In this document: positions 1-13,444 of the stretch, piece by piece
Position numbering within the stretch: position 1 is the first letter of the stretch
How the letters are laid out: each line of letters starts with the position of its first letter
Assembly (NCBI GenBank): GCA_964188305.1
Contig: OZ076894.1
Reading direction: 5' to 3' (one strand)
Length of the DNA: 64,000 nucleotides
DNA from: Podarcis bocagei
Taxonomy: Eukaryota
Notes under the pieces: model-generated
Seen by the model: only the letters and a program-made list of their open reading frames with translations
Told to the model about the DNA's origin: nothing
The model's database searches: none
Program-made: the position numbers and the translations under genes

Positions 1-207
1 GAACCACCCAATCCTGCTCCAGATAGAAGTGAATCCACAACCTGATTGGCTTACAGTAGAATTCCGGAATTAGCCAATCATGTGCAGCCCATTGTGTAAA
101 TAATGTATATAAAGCAGATACTGTGAGGGGACTTTCATTCATTCCTCCTCACCACTATGAGCTGAATAAAGAGCATGAAATCACTTTGCGACTCTGAGTA
201 TATTTCA
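1..207 (+). mobile_element. 3' part of an LTR (runs off the window start)
   Basis: ATTGG/CCAAT boxes (~46-50, ~74-78), TATA box TATATAAA (~106-113), AATAAA (~165) and terminal ...TTTCA at 207, in the expected U3-R-U5 order. Confidence 0.6.
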
Positions 208-1104
208 GTGGGAGTTAAGCCGAAGAACACATTGAGGGCCACAGGGTAGTCACCCTTGTCTTAAGGCACCATAATGCCTTCTACAGTTCAGCCAGCTGTG
301 ACACTCTTCAAGAAGCTTTTCAACCTGGCCTGCTTTCCTCCCTGATCCTTTCCGTAAGGGTTGGTCGGGCTGTGTTGTACAGCTTGCCATTTCCCTCCCC
401 TTTCACAATGCCTGCAAAAACTGATGCAGCAGACTGCGTGTGCGGGATGCTCAGCATGACCTGGTATAGACTTCCCACCAAAAACATTGCTGCAGCCAGA
501 AAGAAAAAGGAAAGGAAAGGTGGGAGCAGGAAAGGATGTAATATAAGTACACAGATATTATTCAGGCCCACCAACACAGCTACAGGCCAAAGCCTTCTGC
601 TAACAATTATTCAGTCCATTTAGCGTATTCGGTTTTTGCAGGCAAAGGCAATCTATACCAGCTAATCCCAGTATTTCTTGGCTTAATTCAGTGTTGATTT
701 TAAGCTAGCAGCTTAAAATTTGTCACAGACCAACGACGCCAAAGTTCCTCTCCTTTAGCAAAGCTGTTTCATATTCTCTTTCGCTGTAAGAATTTAGGCT
801 GTGAAATAGTTGCACTTCAAAATAATTAGAGCTTCCTTTGGGTAGTGACAGCAACCACTTAGTTGACAAATTAAACATAGAACATTAACAAGGCATAGCA
901 GCTACCACCAAAACACTCCATTGCTTCGGGAACTAGTTACGGTATATCCTACATTGGAGGAGAAACGACAGGAAATGCTCATGCATGGTAACTATAGATA
1001 AAGCATAAAATTAGAAAATTGGCAGGAGCCTTCAGTCCAAAGAGTCTTCAACGCCCGAAGAGCATGCACCATCCAGGCCCATGGTTCAGCTTGTTAAAGC
1101 TTAT

Positions 1105-1300
1105 TTGTGCTGATTATCTGGATCCATTTCAGCCTGGCTCCAGGCCCAATTATGGAACAGAAATGGCTGAGGTTGCCCTGGTAGATGACATACACTGGTG
1201 ACCTGGGGAGCACTACCTTGCTAGTTCTCCTGGAGCTCTCAGCAGCTTTCAGTATCATCAACCATGGTCTCTCTTTGGATCGTCTGTCAGGGTTGCATTT
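1105..1300 (+). mobile_element. Decayed L2-clade LINE RT fragment (continues ~2190-2340)
   Basis: Translates DYLDPFQPGSRPNYGTEMAEVALVDD and LLVLLELSAAFSIINH, homologous to the L2 RT at 7292. The downstream piece RVPHGPRLSPILF..MKLL matches the GVPQGSVLSPILF motif. Confidence 0.7.
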
Positions 1301-1534
1301 GGCAAAAGCAAACCCCCTTGTTGCAATGAGAACCAATCACAGAAATATCAACACAACAGGTAGGCTAATAACTGTTAAAGCATATGTAATAGAATAATGA
1401 TATCATTCAAAAAGTAGAAATAAATCTATTAGAGTTCATATATACAATGTAACAGAGGAGTGGCACAGAACGTCAAGCCATGTGTTCAAGATAGGTGTCA
1501 AAGGTCAGTCTCACAATGGTTATTCAAAGCTTTC

Positions 1535-1928
1535 GTGTGTTTTTTTACAATAATATTTATTAGTTTTCAATAGACATAACAAACAAAAAAGAATATACAA
1601 CAACACAACAACATAACAACCACAACAGTATAGAAATAAAAAAGAGGAAAGAATAACAGACCTACCTAAACAAAACAAACAAAAAAACCCCACAAAAACC
1701 AAAACAAAAAAAGAATCAATCAATTAATTAGAATCCGTTTTCATAAACATTTTAGTTGACTTCCTCTAATCTCCTCCATCTGAATTTCCTCTAAAATTGA
1801 ATGTAGCAGTTTCCAAATTCATTATTTCATAGAACAATATTACAGTTATATTCCACTTTCTTTACCTTTCTTATAGTGCATTTTCTTAATTATACATATA
1901 AATCTAATTTTGTCCTAGGCCTAATTGG
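1535..1928 (-). mobile_element. 5'-truncated L1-like LINE 3' end with 14-bp TSD
   Basis: Direct repeat TATTCAAAGCTTTC at 1521-1534 and 1929-1942. The minus strand has a T-rich 3' UTR and AATAAA near the left end. Confidence 0.6.
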
Positions 1929-4639
1929 TATTCAAAGCTTTCAACAGGAGATGTCTCAAAAGTCTAAAAAGTGAAGTTTTCTCAATAGTCTTTCAAAAGT
2001 TTCAATGGAAGACGTCCCAAAAGTCTCAAGGACAGTGTTACCGGAATAATACTACTGTTTTGTGATAGTCTTCATCAGCCAGTATTTTTCACAAAAATAT
2101 GTAACTAAGATTCATGCTATGGATCAGTGCTCAGGGTTGGATTTGGGGCTGTACTGCTTTACTGTGTTTCTGGTCCTTTGAGAATGGGTGTACCCAGATG
2201 ATAGTGCTGGGGGACTCTAATTCTGCCCCAAGGCCTTTGATTTACAGGGTTCCGCATGGGCCTAGATTGTCTCCCATTCTTTTTAGAATAGACATGAAAT
2301 TGCTGGCAGAAGCAGTCTGAAGGTTTGGGCTACGATGACCCTGGGAGGCTCTATTGCATCTCCTTCCCTTTCCAGCTGCGCAAGAGACAGGCTGTTATTC
2401 TGGTCCCAGACAACATGAGGAGAAGTCACTACCACAAGTAGTGCTCACAGTTTAATTGCACTACCACAAGTAGTGCTTATGAAAACAATTCATAAGTTCC
2501 TAGGACTTTTGACACTAGTGTTCTCAATTCACCTGCTGTTCTGATTGATTTCAGTTCCTGAACTAAAGTCCAGGTGACCCGTTACACTCTTTGATCTTTT
2601 GGGGGGTGGTTTGAAATAGTTTTACCTTGGAACATATTTTTTAAAATATTACAAAAACGACAAGAGATTATAAGATATGCAGAGGAAACCTCATGAAGAA
2701 AAATACTGAACCACTGACAATGCACATTCTCACCAGGTCTACCATCATCATCAGACAATGAATGCCATGATTCAGGGTTGCAAATGCTTGTAAAAAGGTT
2801 GACTCAAATTATCAACCACCAACCTTATGGTTAACAGCCAGACCCACTGACCCACTGCACCACTAGCAGCCCACTAGAATATTTCTATGTCCTCCAGATG
2901 TTGCAATGGAACCTCCATCAGATCTGATTGCTAGTAAGTTAACTGTTCATTGAGATAAAGAAGTCTTTTATTAATTAAGTTATTCTCAATCGAACATTTA
3001 GATTGGATCTTATAAGGAAACAAGCAGCCTGGCAGGAGAGCAGTGTAGATTTAGGAGCTAGGACATTGGTGTTGAACCTAGGAAGTGAAATTAGGAACTT
3101 CTACATGCAAAACGTGGGCTCTGCTGCTGAACTATGACTCTTCCCAAAAGGGGGATGGGAGATGAAAAGACAGAATTGTGGCAGGACTGGTGTAATCACC
3201 AATGAGATTAGTCCAATCAGATAATTGTGCACCACTACTGGAGAACAGGAGTATCTGTCCAGCTGATTTAAGAGTTCAGATTAACAGGGGGATAAAGTGA
3301 GTGGGGAAAGAAGCAAAGACAACTGAAAACAACATTTTAGCAGTCACCATGAATGTCTGCAGGTATCTGCTACCCTATGATTTAATTGCTTTGGAGATAG
3401 CACCATAAGCCATCTTTCAGCTCCCAGCACTGGGCAAAAACCACCATTTCAAATGATGGCAATTACATTATACAAACTGTCTCTTCAAAGAGATTTTCCC
3501 AATTTTCTCCAGACTTTCCATGCGGATTTGGGAGGCTCCATGCATCTAAAGACCAAAGCAAAAAAGTGTTTCCAAAGCAAGGCTTTCGTTGAGTGAAGTG
3601 GTTGCAACAACCCCCATCATGGGAGAAGAAACTGCTTTCCACAATGAGTTTCTCTGGTTTCTGGAAAGCTGATCATGGACGCCTCTCCGTACCCCACCCA
3701 TGGGCTCTCAAACCTTAACTAAAATCCTGACCCAGCTGTCTCTGCTTGTTTCAGTGCCCTGCTGCTGGGTACTGGAACGTGTGTGTGTGCGCGCGCTCTG
3801 GCAATGGCCTGCTCAAGACATGCATTCAAATCAACCCTTGGCAGCAGCCGCAGACACAACCTGCTTAAGGAGACTGAAGAAAACATCCCCAAACGAGCAG
3901 ACGGATTTAGCTGGATGCTCTGCTCACTTATTAACTCCAGCGGCAAATTAAGTTCTCCAGACAACATAATGAGCTCGTGTAGCTTAACTCAACCTTGCGG
4001 GAGTGTCCTAAAGTGACCCGGCAAACCCCTTATGAAATACCCTTTAGCCATGCAAGGAAATGTACATGCAACAAAACTGTTATGGCAGGAATGCAATCGC
4101 ATCGGTGTCTGGAAACAGAAGCAGCTAAGAAAGCACAGGGTCCCCACAGAGAACCATATTCTCCTGCTCACTGATCCAGGCTTCTTCCTTCTGCTGGAAT
4201 TCATAACACAGATTAGATCCACACAAAAGGAGCCAGACACAGAACTTCCCCTCCTTTCTGCCAACACTATCTTTCCCCACCTCTAAAATCATTCACAGAA
4301 TGTTCTGAACAGTGAAATGTTCTGCACAGTCCACATCCACTGGATTTTTGAACACTGGCAAAGAAGACCAACACCAATGTAGGGATGGCATTTGGGGGGC
4401 ATATTGGAAAGGTTAGGCAGGCCAGTTTGGCAGTGCAAGTAACTGACTGTAAGCTGGCAGGCAGCTCCCAAGAAGGCAAGACTTTTTATTCTGGCAAGAT
4501 TTCAATTCAGACATCTATCCTAGTCCTCCTCGCCCATTTAGGAACCAGAACTCACAACCCCAGTTCTGCAAAATGTTTTTATTTTTATTTTTTCAGATTC
4601 AAACCGTACATAAAGCAGTCACAGGCTGCAAATATCAGC

Positions 4640-5783
4640 AGTTAGATGAGAGATCTAAGGCTTGGGCAAGCGCAAGCTAGGACACTGAACCAAGAAGCGA
4701 AGGACAGGGCAGGTATAGCATTTAGAATGAAAGGCAGCTGGAGTTCTGAGCTTGAACAAGCAAGCAGGCACTCCTTCTTAGGGGGCTGGCTAGGTGAGGT
4801 TTGTGTGCTCTGGCTCTCCATGCCTGAGGAAATGGAGACAAGATGGAAACTGGTTCGGCATGAGATTTACTCCCAGCGGCCTTCCCTGAAAGGAGAGGCT
4901 TCTATGTAAAAAAGGTGCTGGAGAAGATGAGGGAGGCATGCCTAGTGTGCTGGGCCCGGGGGCAACCTGAGTAATGCAGTTCCAAATCCAAGGGTTCCGC
5001 GAGGAGTCAGTCCGACAGGGCCAAGGCAGGACACGAGGCAGGAAACCAGGCAAGGTCAGCTACAGGATCAGAGGCAGGTTCTGGCAAACAGCAACATTGC
5101 TCCCACAACCTGGGGCGGGGTCCAGCAGCCTTTTATCTCTGTTGGGGTAACGGCCAGTCCTGATCCCTCGGTGACTCACCTCCCTGTCTCGCCCAAAGGC
5201 GAGCACTCCTCCTGTGAGTACTCAGGTTTCTCCTTCTCTCAGTCTCTGCAGCTCGGGAGACGTCGGTGGGTTACTAGACCCAGAGGCCGTCTCAGCCTCT
5301 CCTTACCCAATTGGTAGTGGAGCAGCTGTAAGTGATGGCCCAGCTGAAGGCAATGAGGTAATCCCCACATCTGGAGCCAGGGCAGGCTCAGGCCCCTGAC
5401 TCTGCCCAGCTGGTACTTGTTGCAGGGGAACCTGTGCAGAGTGGGGCTCTTCAGAATCAGGCCCCAGACTAGGTTCAGATGCCGCCTGGGGCAAAGGATC
5501 TGGTACGGACTGAGACTCCTTTGGCTTTGAGTCCGAGCCCAAGTCCCAGGCCATCACACCTAGCAGGTAGGTAACAGGAGGCACTTCTGAAAGTTTGTCA
5601 GAGCCTCCTTTGTAGAGCCGATCTCCAACTCCTAATCCGTTAGGACTCTCCCAAGGATGAGACATCTCTTATGGTTCAGAATCTGCAATCCTCACCGACT
5701 GCAACCCACCCCAGGGTCCTCCAGATTGAGTTCCTCAGGTTCCTCCCATTCCTCCTTAGGGGCCTGACCATCTCCACCATGAC
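4640..5783 (-). mobile_element. Older LTR-like relic that hosts family A copy 1 (left boundary uncertain)
   Basis: The minus strand begins TGTCATGG at 5783 and reads an acidic EEWEEPEELNLEDPG stretch, like the element at 13445-14371. It is interrupted at the CCTAG site. Confidence 0.35.
4946..5558 (-). mobile_element. Solo-LTR-like element, family A copy 1, 5-bp TSD CCTAG
   Basis: TGTG...CACA termini; CCTAG at 4941-4945 and 5559-5563; homologous to 48052-48523 and 48971-49570; GATAAAAG TATA-like box on the minus strand at ~5130-5137. Confidence 0.8.
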
Positions 5784-7288
5784 ACCTCCATGTGATTCAT
5801 GACAACATCTTGTGATGCCTGGGGCACCCATGGAGGGATGATGAACGTATGTGACCTGCTCAGCTAAGCCCAGAGCAGTCTTTTTTAGAGTGCCAATGCT
5901 AAGGGAACTGGCTGCAAAGATGCCAAAAATCCTGAAAAGCCTACATCTAAGAGAGACATCTGGCACCTCCAGGGTTGGGGCAAGGTCAGAGGAAGCTTAT
6001 ATATCCTGGAAACTGGGCAGCCTGGACAACATCTGGAAGCAAGGCAAAGCTAGCTGCCAACTGAGAACAGCTCCTGACAACCAAGAATTTCCCAGGGATG
6101 AAACTCCAGGCACACCTGGAGAACCCTCAAAGGATGAGTGTATATTCTACCGAGAGTGAAGGAAACCTGGATGAACCTACAGGCTGACAGATAACTTCTT
6201 CCTCCGAGTAGCCAAGAGACAAAACAAGGTCATCAGCTTCCTTGATGAGCTGTTGTATCCTTGGGGTTTAAAGACTATGTAAATCCTGCATGGAATCTGC
6301 TACCCTAATATTACTTGTCTTAATCAAGATATGCACAATAGCCAGGTGTTCAAACAACCAAAGATTTTAGTCATAAACTTATCTGGGTGGATTGAAGTTC
6401 AATGGCTAAACACTGATAACTTCGCTGGAGACTACAGAACAAGATATCTGTCTTTGCACAGCTCTGCTTGCTTGCACATTCTGGTGTCCTCTATCCAGCA
6501 TGTAAACATAATTTAGAGTTTACATTTATGAGATGGGCTTTCCTCCCCCTCCCCATATGGTCCTCTTCGAACATTGTGTAAATTCTGCCATTGCTGCATT
6601 AAACATCCCTAAATCTGATTGCACCTGTTTTGCTCAAAGAGAGAATTTATACAGTGCTTGAGGGAAAAGAAAATAGAGAATACAAAGCAGGAAATTGTCT
6701 GTGATGGCAAGCTCCTGTAGATACATCTGCTCTTAAGAATTCTCCCAATAAAACTTCAAAACCAAAGTCCTGCAGACAAAAATGTGAGCCAAATGCCTTT
6801 GGCTTTATTCAAAACACACACAAAACACACACACACACTCACTCCACTGTCCATTCCACCTAGTACTCAAGGCCAGGTCATTAGATCAGCAAGCAGGAAA
6901 GGTTTTGTGATGGAGAACTGCTGTGTTTAAGGTATTATGTGTCATAAGCAGCAAACCTAATCTGTAGCGATGGCTGAACCTGACTTAAGATCCAGAACTG
7001 CTCAAGTGATCTGCATTGGAAGGACCATGCATGGTCTGCACACAAAGTCTTTCAAGTTGCTCATAGATCTTTTTTATTGACTGTCTCCCTGCTAGCACAG
7101 CTCCCCAGACATCCCTGGTACCAGAGCAATTAAGCTAAAGGCTGCTCTCCACGTGTCAACACAGAACCCACTACTGATCAAAATAGAGCCAGTCAATTAG
7201 TTCAGGGGCTGAGCTTGAGGATGCAAGAACAAAAGGGCCAGGACAAGGGGCAGAAATTCAACAACAAAACCCATCAGCTTTCTTTGGT

Positions 7289-8491
7289 GCTTTGGTGGTT
7301 GAGCAGGTGGTTGCTGAACAACTCCAGGCACGCCTGGAAGATACAGACCATTTGGATCCCTTCCAGTCGGGATTCAGGCCTCATCATGGGACTGAAACTG
7401 CCTTGGTCGCACTGGTTGATGATCTCCGGCGGGCTAGGGACAAAGGTGAGAGCTGTTTCCTAGTTCTGCTGGATCTCTCAGCGGCGTTTGATACCATCGA
7501 CCATAACATCCTTCTGGACCGTCTTGAGGGGCTGGGAGCTGGGGGCACTGTTATACAGTGGTTCCGCTCCTTCCTCCTGGGCCGTGTTCAGAAAGTGGTG
7601 GTGGGGGATGAGTGTTCAGACCCCTGGGCCCTCACTTGTGGGGTGCCTCAGGGTTCCGTCCTCTCCCCCATACTTTTTAACATCTATATGAAGCCACTGG
7701 GAGAGATCATCAGGGGGTTTGGACTGGGTGTTCATCAATATGCAGATGATACCCAGCTCTACCTCTCTTTCAAATCAGAACCAGTGAAGGCGGTGAAGGT
7801 CCTGTGTGAGTGCCTGGAGGCGGTTGGAGGATGGATGGCGGCTAATGGATTGAGGTTGAATCCTGACAAGACAGAAGTACTGTTTTTGCAGGACAGGAGG
7901 CAGGCAGGTGTGGAGGACTCCCTGGTCCTGAATGGGGTAACTGTGCCACTACAGGACCAGGTGCGCAGCCTGGGAGTCATTTTGGACTCACAGCTGTCCA
8001 TGGAGGCGCAGGTCAATTCTGTGTCCAGGGCAGCTGTCTACCAGCTCCATCTGGTACGCAGGCTAAGATTCTATCTGCCTGCGGATTGTCTCACCAGAGT
8101 GGTGCATGCTCTAGTTATCTCCTGCTTGGACTACTGCAATGCGCTCTATGTGGGGCTACCTTTGAAGGTGACCCAGAAACTACAACTAATCCAGAATGCG
8201 GCAGCTAGACTGGTGAGGTCCAGCACCGAGGGCCTTCTGGTGGTTCCCTCACTGCGAGAAGCAAAGTTACAGGAACCAGGCAGAGGGCCTTCTCGGTAGT
8301 GGCGCCTGTCCTGTGGAACACCCTCCCACCAGATGTCAAAGGAAAAAACAACTACCAGACTTTTAGGAGACAACTGAAGGCAGCCCTGTTTAGGGAAACT
8401 TTTAATATCTGAAGAACTATTGTATTTTAATATTTTGTTGGAAGCTGCCCAGAGTGGCTGGGAGGACCCAGCTAGATGGGCATGGTATGTA

Positions 8492-8530
<39 letters not shown>
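7289..8530 (+). mobile_element. 5'-truncated L2-clade LINE (RT and 3' end) with an internal deletion
   Basis: RT motifs LDPFQSGFR, LLDLSAAFDTIDH, GVPQGSVLSP, QYADDTQLY, LDYCNALY; (TAAA)n tail. Comparison with the 61151 copy shows the segment after AARLV is deleted. Confidence 0.92.
7292..8299 (+). pseudogene. Partial L2 ORF2 reverse transcriptase (335-codon open frame, no genuine start)
   Basis: ORF track translation contains the RT core with YADD; 5'-truncated and internally deleted. Confidence 0.85.
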
Positions 8531-8533
<3 letters not shown>

Positions 8534-9600
8534 GAATGTGAGAATATTAAAAATAGACTTAAAAATTTCAACTGAACATTAAACTTTGTCTAAAGTAAAT
8601 ATTAAAACTGTTAATGAAACATTAACTTCAGGGGCCTTTGTTTCATTAATCAAACATCAAAGCAGAATACTAATCCCTGAATGTGGTTGGTGCTGTTTTT
8701 TAAAGGATTAAACATTCTTGTTAGAATGCACTGACCCTAAAACGAATGCTCCCTGTGTCCTGGTAAATGTTTCATAAGGTGCTCATTTGAATTTATTTTC
8801 TCTCCATCTCCACTCTTAATGTATCTTGCTTATGAGGAGGAGGAGGATTACCTAAGCAGTAATTCCAAAACTGACACCGATTTTCAGCCTTTTTACACCA
8901 TCTTCCAAAATGGTGTAATGATTTTCATTTGTTTAGTTTCTAGCCCAAGAGAGAAAAATGTGTTAAGGGGAAAAACACAAGGGAAATTTTAGCCTTGTAT
9001 GGTGAGCTGCAAAGCAGTCATCAGTCAGAGATCTCATAATGTAATTTCATCAGGAAGGGGAAAACAGACTGTGCAATCTGTTGAAAACTCACCATGACAG
9101 TTTCTTTATTTTGAAATAAACGTCTCCAAATTCTTACATTAACAAAAATGGTGGGGGTTTTCCTGTTGAACCTCATAAAATTGATCAGAAATAGAAATTC
9201 TAATGATACTTTGAGCACTAATGATGTATTTGAGTTTGGTCAAATTTCTGTAGATGGTACCGTCTTGTACTTTGCTGGTGCTTATTTTTCTTCTGGCATT
9301 CAATGAAAAAAATGGAAAAAGGATAATGTTGCAGCTAGACAGGAAACAAGAACAAGGTCACATAGAGCTGGTTAGCAAAAGAAAGATGGCAGATAAGAAT
9401 ATTTGCCCATTTTGATTTCCAGACTTAATATACAGCTTTCATTCCTCTCCAGTGATATTTTCTTTTAGTTCTGATGTTATTGTCTGCATTAGTTTTGAAA
9501 GTGGAGAAATCCTTGATATTTGCAGGTGTCCACACACTTTTAAATTATATTCCTGCGGCATGGGGACAAACGACAGGACAACGAAAGTGGAGTTTGCAAT

Positions 9601-11457
9601 AATGAATTGAAAAAAATGTTGAAAAATACATTTGTTAAGCAACCAGAAGCCTTTTTACTGGAAGAATGGAGAGTGAAGCTGTTAGACTATGCTCAGTTGG
9701 ATAAATTGACTGGGAAGATTAGATACTCAAGAGACCAAAAGTTCATCGAGGACTGGGGAAAATTTGTGGAATATCTGAAAAGTATAAGTGAGGGACAGAT
9801 AACGCTAGAGGGATTTAAAGAAGCACTGTGAAATTTGAGAAGTATTGTTAAAAGGGAATAGAAAGGGAAAGGTTTAAATAATGACAATACAAACTTAAGG
9901 AATGCGTAATTTAAATAACGACTATGGATGATTCTCGGAAAAGCTGAAGGAAGTCCAGAAAAGAAATATTGTGGTTCGAGGACCCGATCCCCACATAGTG
10001 GAATGAAAACACGAGGACACGTGATATAAGGTTAATGGGCAAGAAAAGGCCACAACTTTATTGATTACAGCAAGTGAAAAGGTATTGGCTTAGGCATTGG
10101 ATTACATCAGCTGACTCCACCCCCTCAGAGAGGGGTGAGTCTAAAACAGGGGGGTTTATTCACCAGTAGGTGGAGCCTGTTGATGCTAATCCAACTATAA
10201 GCTCTCCCCTGATGTCACCGAGGGTCGTGCCATGGCCTCCCACCAAGCAGGCATCGGACAGAATACACGACCGCCAAATTCCTTTAACGGAATACCCAAA
10301 AATTGAAGGCATAGGCGATGGCCACACCTAGCCCTTCGACACACCACAACACATTATTCCATTGCCTAACCTACCCACCATACCACGAAAGTCGTGACGA
10401 TTGCTACGAGGTAGGTGAAAAAACCAAAAAGCCTAATGCCAAATGAAAAAATTCCTACCAGGCCCCCCGGACAACCAGGGCGACCAACCTAAGGTCCATA
10501 GCAAGGCCAAAAGAAAACTGAGACCTTGAGCTCTAAGGGAGTGGAGGGTGGGTGACTCACGACAGGACGACGAAAAGTGAGGCCGGAAGGCTGGTGCCGC
10601 AGCAATTTGGGCTGCTAAACACGCCCCCTCGCAGGCACCTGGTTGGGTGCCTGCCCGTGGGCATAGGCCAGCCAGGTGAGTGGGAGGCAGGGGGCTAACG
10701 TCCCCTGCTTGAGGCGGAGTCCGGCTCCCGACCACAACCACTCCCCTCTCTTGCAGGAGGAGAGTCTTTCTGTGAAAAACTGGATGTGAAATTACTGTGT
10801 GTTTGTGTTTTTGTTGTAAATTAATAATTTTTTTTTATAAAAAGAAGCCTTTTTACTTGGTATAATAGGGTTGGAATTGCCAAAAAAAATGTGTTAGATT
10901 ATTTTTGTATGCCACTACAGCGGCAAGACTGCTATTAGCAAAAAACTGGAAATCCCAAGAAATCCCAACGGTAGAAGAATGGCAGATGAAGATATTGGAG
11001 TTTATGGAGCTGGCTGAACTGACTGGGAGAATCCGTGATCAGAAGGAAGAGGAGCACCAAAAAGACTGGAAGAAATTTAAAGACTATTTAGCTAAATATT
11101 GTAATATAGGATAATTAGAAGATACTTGAAAGTATCTGATAGGCCTAGGATTAGAATAAGAATGTGGTATAGTAATATGGATTTAAGCTAAAAAGAAAAG
11201 AGAGGAAGATAGCAAATTGAAGGAGTTAATTGTATTAGAAAGATGGTTTTGGAAAACTGTTTCAAAGGTGTTACAATGAAATTCAGTTGGGAGGGAATCG
11301 AGGAAGTCAGATGACAATGAAAGCTAATTTGGATTCTAGAAATAATAAGTGTTTTTATTCTTTTTTTCTTTCTTTTAGTAGTGTAAGGCGCTTTGTTTTG
11401 TGTTTTCACATGTCATTTTTGTTATAAATGTGGAAAATTAATAAAAAAGAATTTTTG
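9601..11457 (+). mobile_element. Composite of two L1-clade 3' ends plus a nested LTR, bounded by a 21-bp TSD
   Basis: AACGAAAGTGGAGTTTGCAAT at 9580-9600 and 11458-11478. L1 ORF2 C-terminal peptides PEAFLL..EEWRVKLLDYA (9607-9831) and YATTAARLLLAKNWK..PTVEEW (10905-11114). Confidence 0.8.
9970..10767 (-). mobile_element. 3' LTR (9970-10736) with polypurine tract and ~30 bp of internal sequence
   Basis: TGTGGT...ACCACA inverted termini; AATAAA on the minus strand (TTTATT ~10057); minus-strand AGAGAGGGGAGTGGT immediately before the LTR TG, read as the PPT. Confidence 0.7.
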
Positions 11458-12469
11458 AACGAAAGTGGAGTTTGCAATCCCTTACGGTCACCAAGAGGCT
11501 TATACTTCAAACTTGCAATGGCAAATGCTCAACATCTATTATACAACCTTATCGCCTTGCTACATTTGAATGTATAGCTTATAAACATAAATTTGGTTGG
11601 GATATCTATCAGAACGTTTGGATGGCTTATGTTGACTGATATGTTATTAACGTGAGCTGATGTTTTTCCCTTTTTTGTTTTTGTTAAGCTTGCTATAAAA
11701 ATGTAAAAAATAAAAATACTGACAGAGTTTTCCCTCTCTGCTGCTGATTCAGCACCATTTCCTCCTGTTAGAATTACTGCCTCTTTTTTCTTCCCTGCTT
11801 AATCGCATGGATGATTCCAGGCAATCATACTGAACTGGATGACATCATGCAATGCCCAGTTTTATATAAACAGATGCTTATTAGCAGTGTGCACCAGAGC
11901 TGTGCTTGTATTTAAACTGCTAGAATGTATATATATATTTTATTATAGGTAGGGTTCTTAAAGTAATTCCACAAGGTGCTGTGACAGGTGGATATATTAT
12001 TGCCAGAGCATGCTGAGCAGCCGTAAAAGAACTCTTTGGCCCCAGTTATAATGCATGTGTGTGCATGGTCCCCATTAGAGACCCTGAAGAACACCAATCA
12101 GCTGTTTGGTGCTGAAGGGATAGCCATGATTATTTAATCCACCTCCACTTCCTGCCCTGAAAAGCCAGAAGACACGGAGTCTCTAACTGGGGTCATGCAC
12201 GGCTGGAGGACTAGGTAGGGGAATTGCACAGACACCAGCCATTTGCACGCATCCAGCTAAGGTCATGCAAGCTGCCTTCTGTTATTCTTATTATTGCTAC
12301 TTATGTCACACCAACAGGGTGCAAGGCACTTTAAAGAGTACAAGAGGCCAGGAGCCTATCCCAAGGAGCTTAGCTTACAGTCTAAAATTTGACACATAGA
12401 GGAAGGGGAGGCAGCGTAACAGAGAAGTTCTTTTTTGTTCATAGCAGTTGCACATACTTGGGCTCTGCA

Positions 12470-12585
12470 ATGCAAGGGGCCCCTCGAGATGCTGCTGGAC
12501 TCCAACTCCCATCAGCCCCAGCCAGTCCAGGGATGATGGAGTCCAACAACATCTGGAAGGGTACAGGCTCCCCATCCCATCCCTG
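12470..12585. mobile_element. Decayed palindromic hAT-type MITE
   Basis: Internal inverted repeat CTCCCATCA...TGATGG(G)AG shared with 38708-38845. Confidence 0.5.
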
Positions 12586-12645
12586 TAGTAAGACATGGGA
12601 ACTAGCTGGAAGTGCCGGAGGCTTCAAGGAAAAGGTGGGGGTTAA

Positions 12646-12994
12646 GGGACACGGGTGGCGCTGTGGGTTGAACCTAGGGCTTGCCAATCAGAAGGTCAGC
12701 GGTTCGAATCCCCGTGACAGGGTGAGCTCCCATTGCTCGGTCCCTACTCCTGCCAACCTAGCAGTTCGAAAGGACGTCAAAGTGCAAGTAGATAAATAGG
12801 TACTGCTCCAGCGGGAAGGTAAAAGGCGTTTCCGTGCGCTGCTCTGGTTCTCCAGAAGCGGCTTAGTCATGCTGGCCACATGACCCAGAAGCTGTACGCC
12901 GGCTCCCTTGGCCAATAAAGCAAGATGAGCACCGCAACCCCAGAGTTGGTCACAACTGGACCTAATGGTCAGGGGTTCTGTTACCTTGACCTTA
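12646..12994 (+). mobile_element. Sauria SINE
   Basis: tRNA-like head GGGACxCGGGTGGCGCTGTGG...GGTTCGAATCC, characteristic body and (ACCTT)n-type tail; near-identical copies elsewhere in the window. Confidence 0.92.
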
Positions 12995-13176
12995 AGCTTA
13001 GGGTTAGGGTTAGAACTGGGGGAAAGTTCCAAGCACATAGGGTAGAAAGAAAGAAAGGGCAATGTATTTTCAGGGCACAAAAGACCTTTAGACGGTGGAG
13101 GCTACAGAGCTGGAAGAGCAGTGTCTGTGTGTCACAGAGCGCACAGCCCATAAACCACACTGTTCAAGCTGGAGTA

Positions 13177-13418
13177 CAGTGGTACCTTGGCTTAAGAACT
13201 TAATTCATTCCAGAGGTCTGTTCTTAACCTGAAACTGTTCTTAACCTGAGGTACCACTTTAGCTTATGGGGCCTTCCGCTGCTGCCACGCCACTGCTGCA
13301 CAATTTCTCTTCTCATCCTGAAGCAAAGTTCTTAACCCAAGGTACTATTTCTGGGTTAGCGGAGTCTGTAACCTGGAGTGTCTGTAACCTGAAGTGTCTG
13401 TAACCCGAGGTACCACTG
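13177..13418. mobile_element. Tc1/pogo (Tigger-like) MITE, family M1
   Basis: TIR CAGTGGTACC...GGTACCACTG, TA TSD on both sides; near-identical copies at 19260, 28685, 54947, 60347. Confidence 0.9.
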
Positions 13419-13444
13419 TAAACACCATCACAGCCTTGGCTGAT

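Noticed and set aside
12998-13013. TTAGGGTTAGGGTTAG telomere-like run after a Sauria SINE
   Set aside because: Fewer than three units; compatible with chance or simple-repeat drift.
12688-13080. Recurrent 90-150 aa ORFs in Sauria SINE, Squam3-like and antisense BovB copies
   Set aside because: They recur only because the repeats are near-identical; starts and stops vary between copies.
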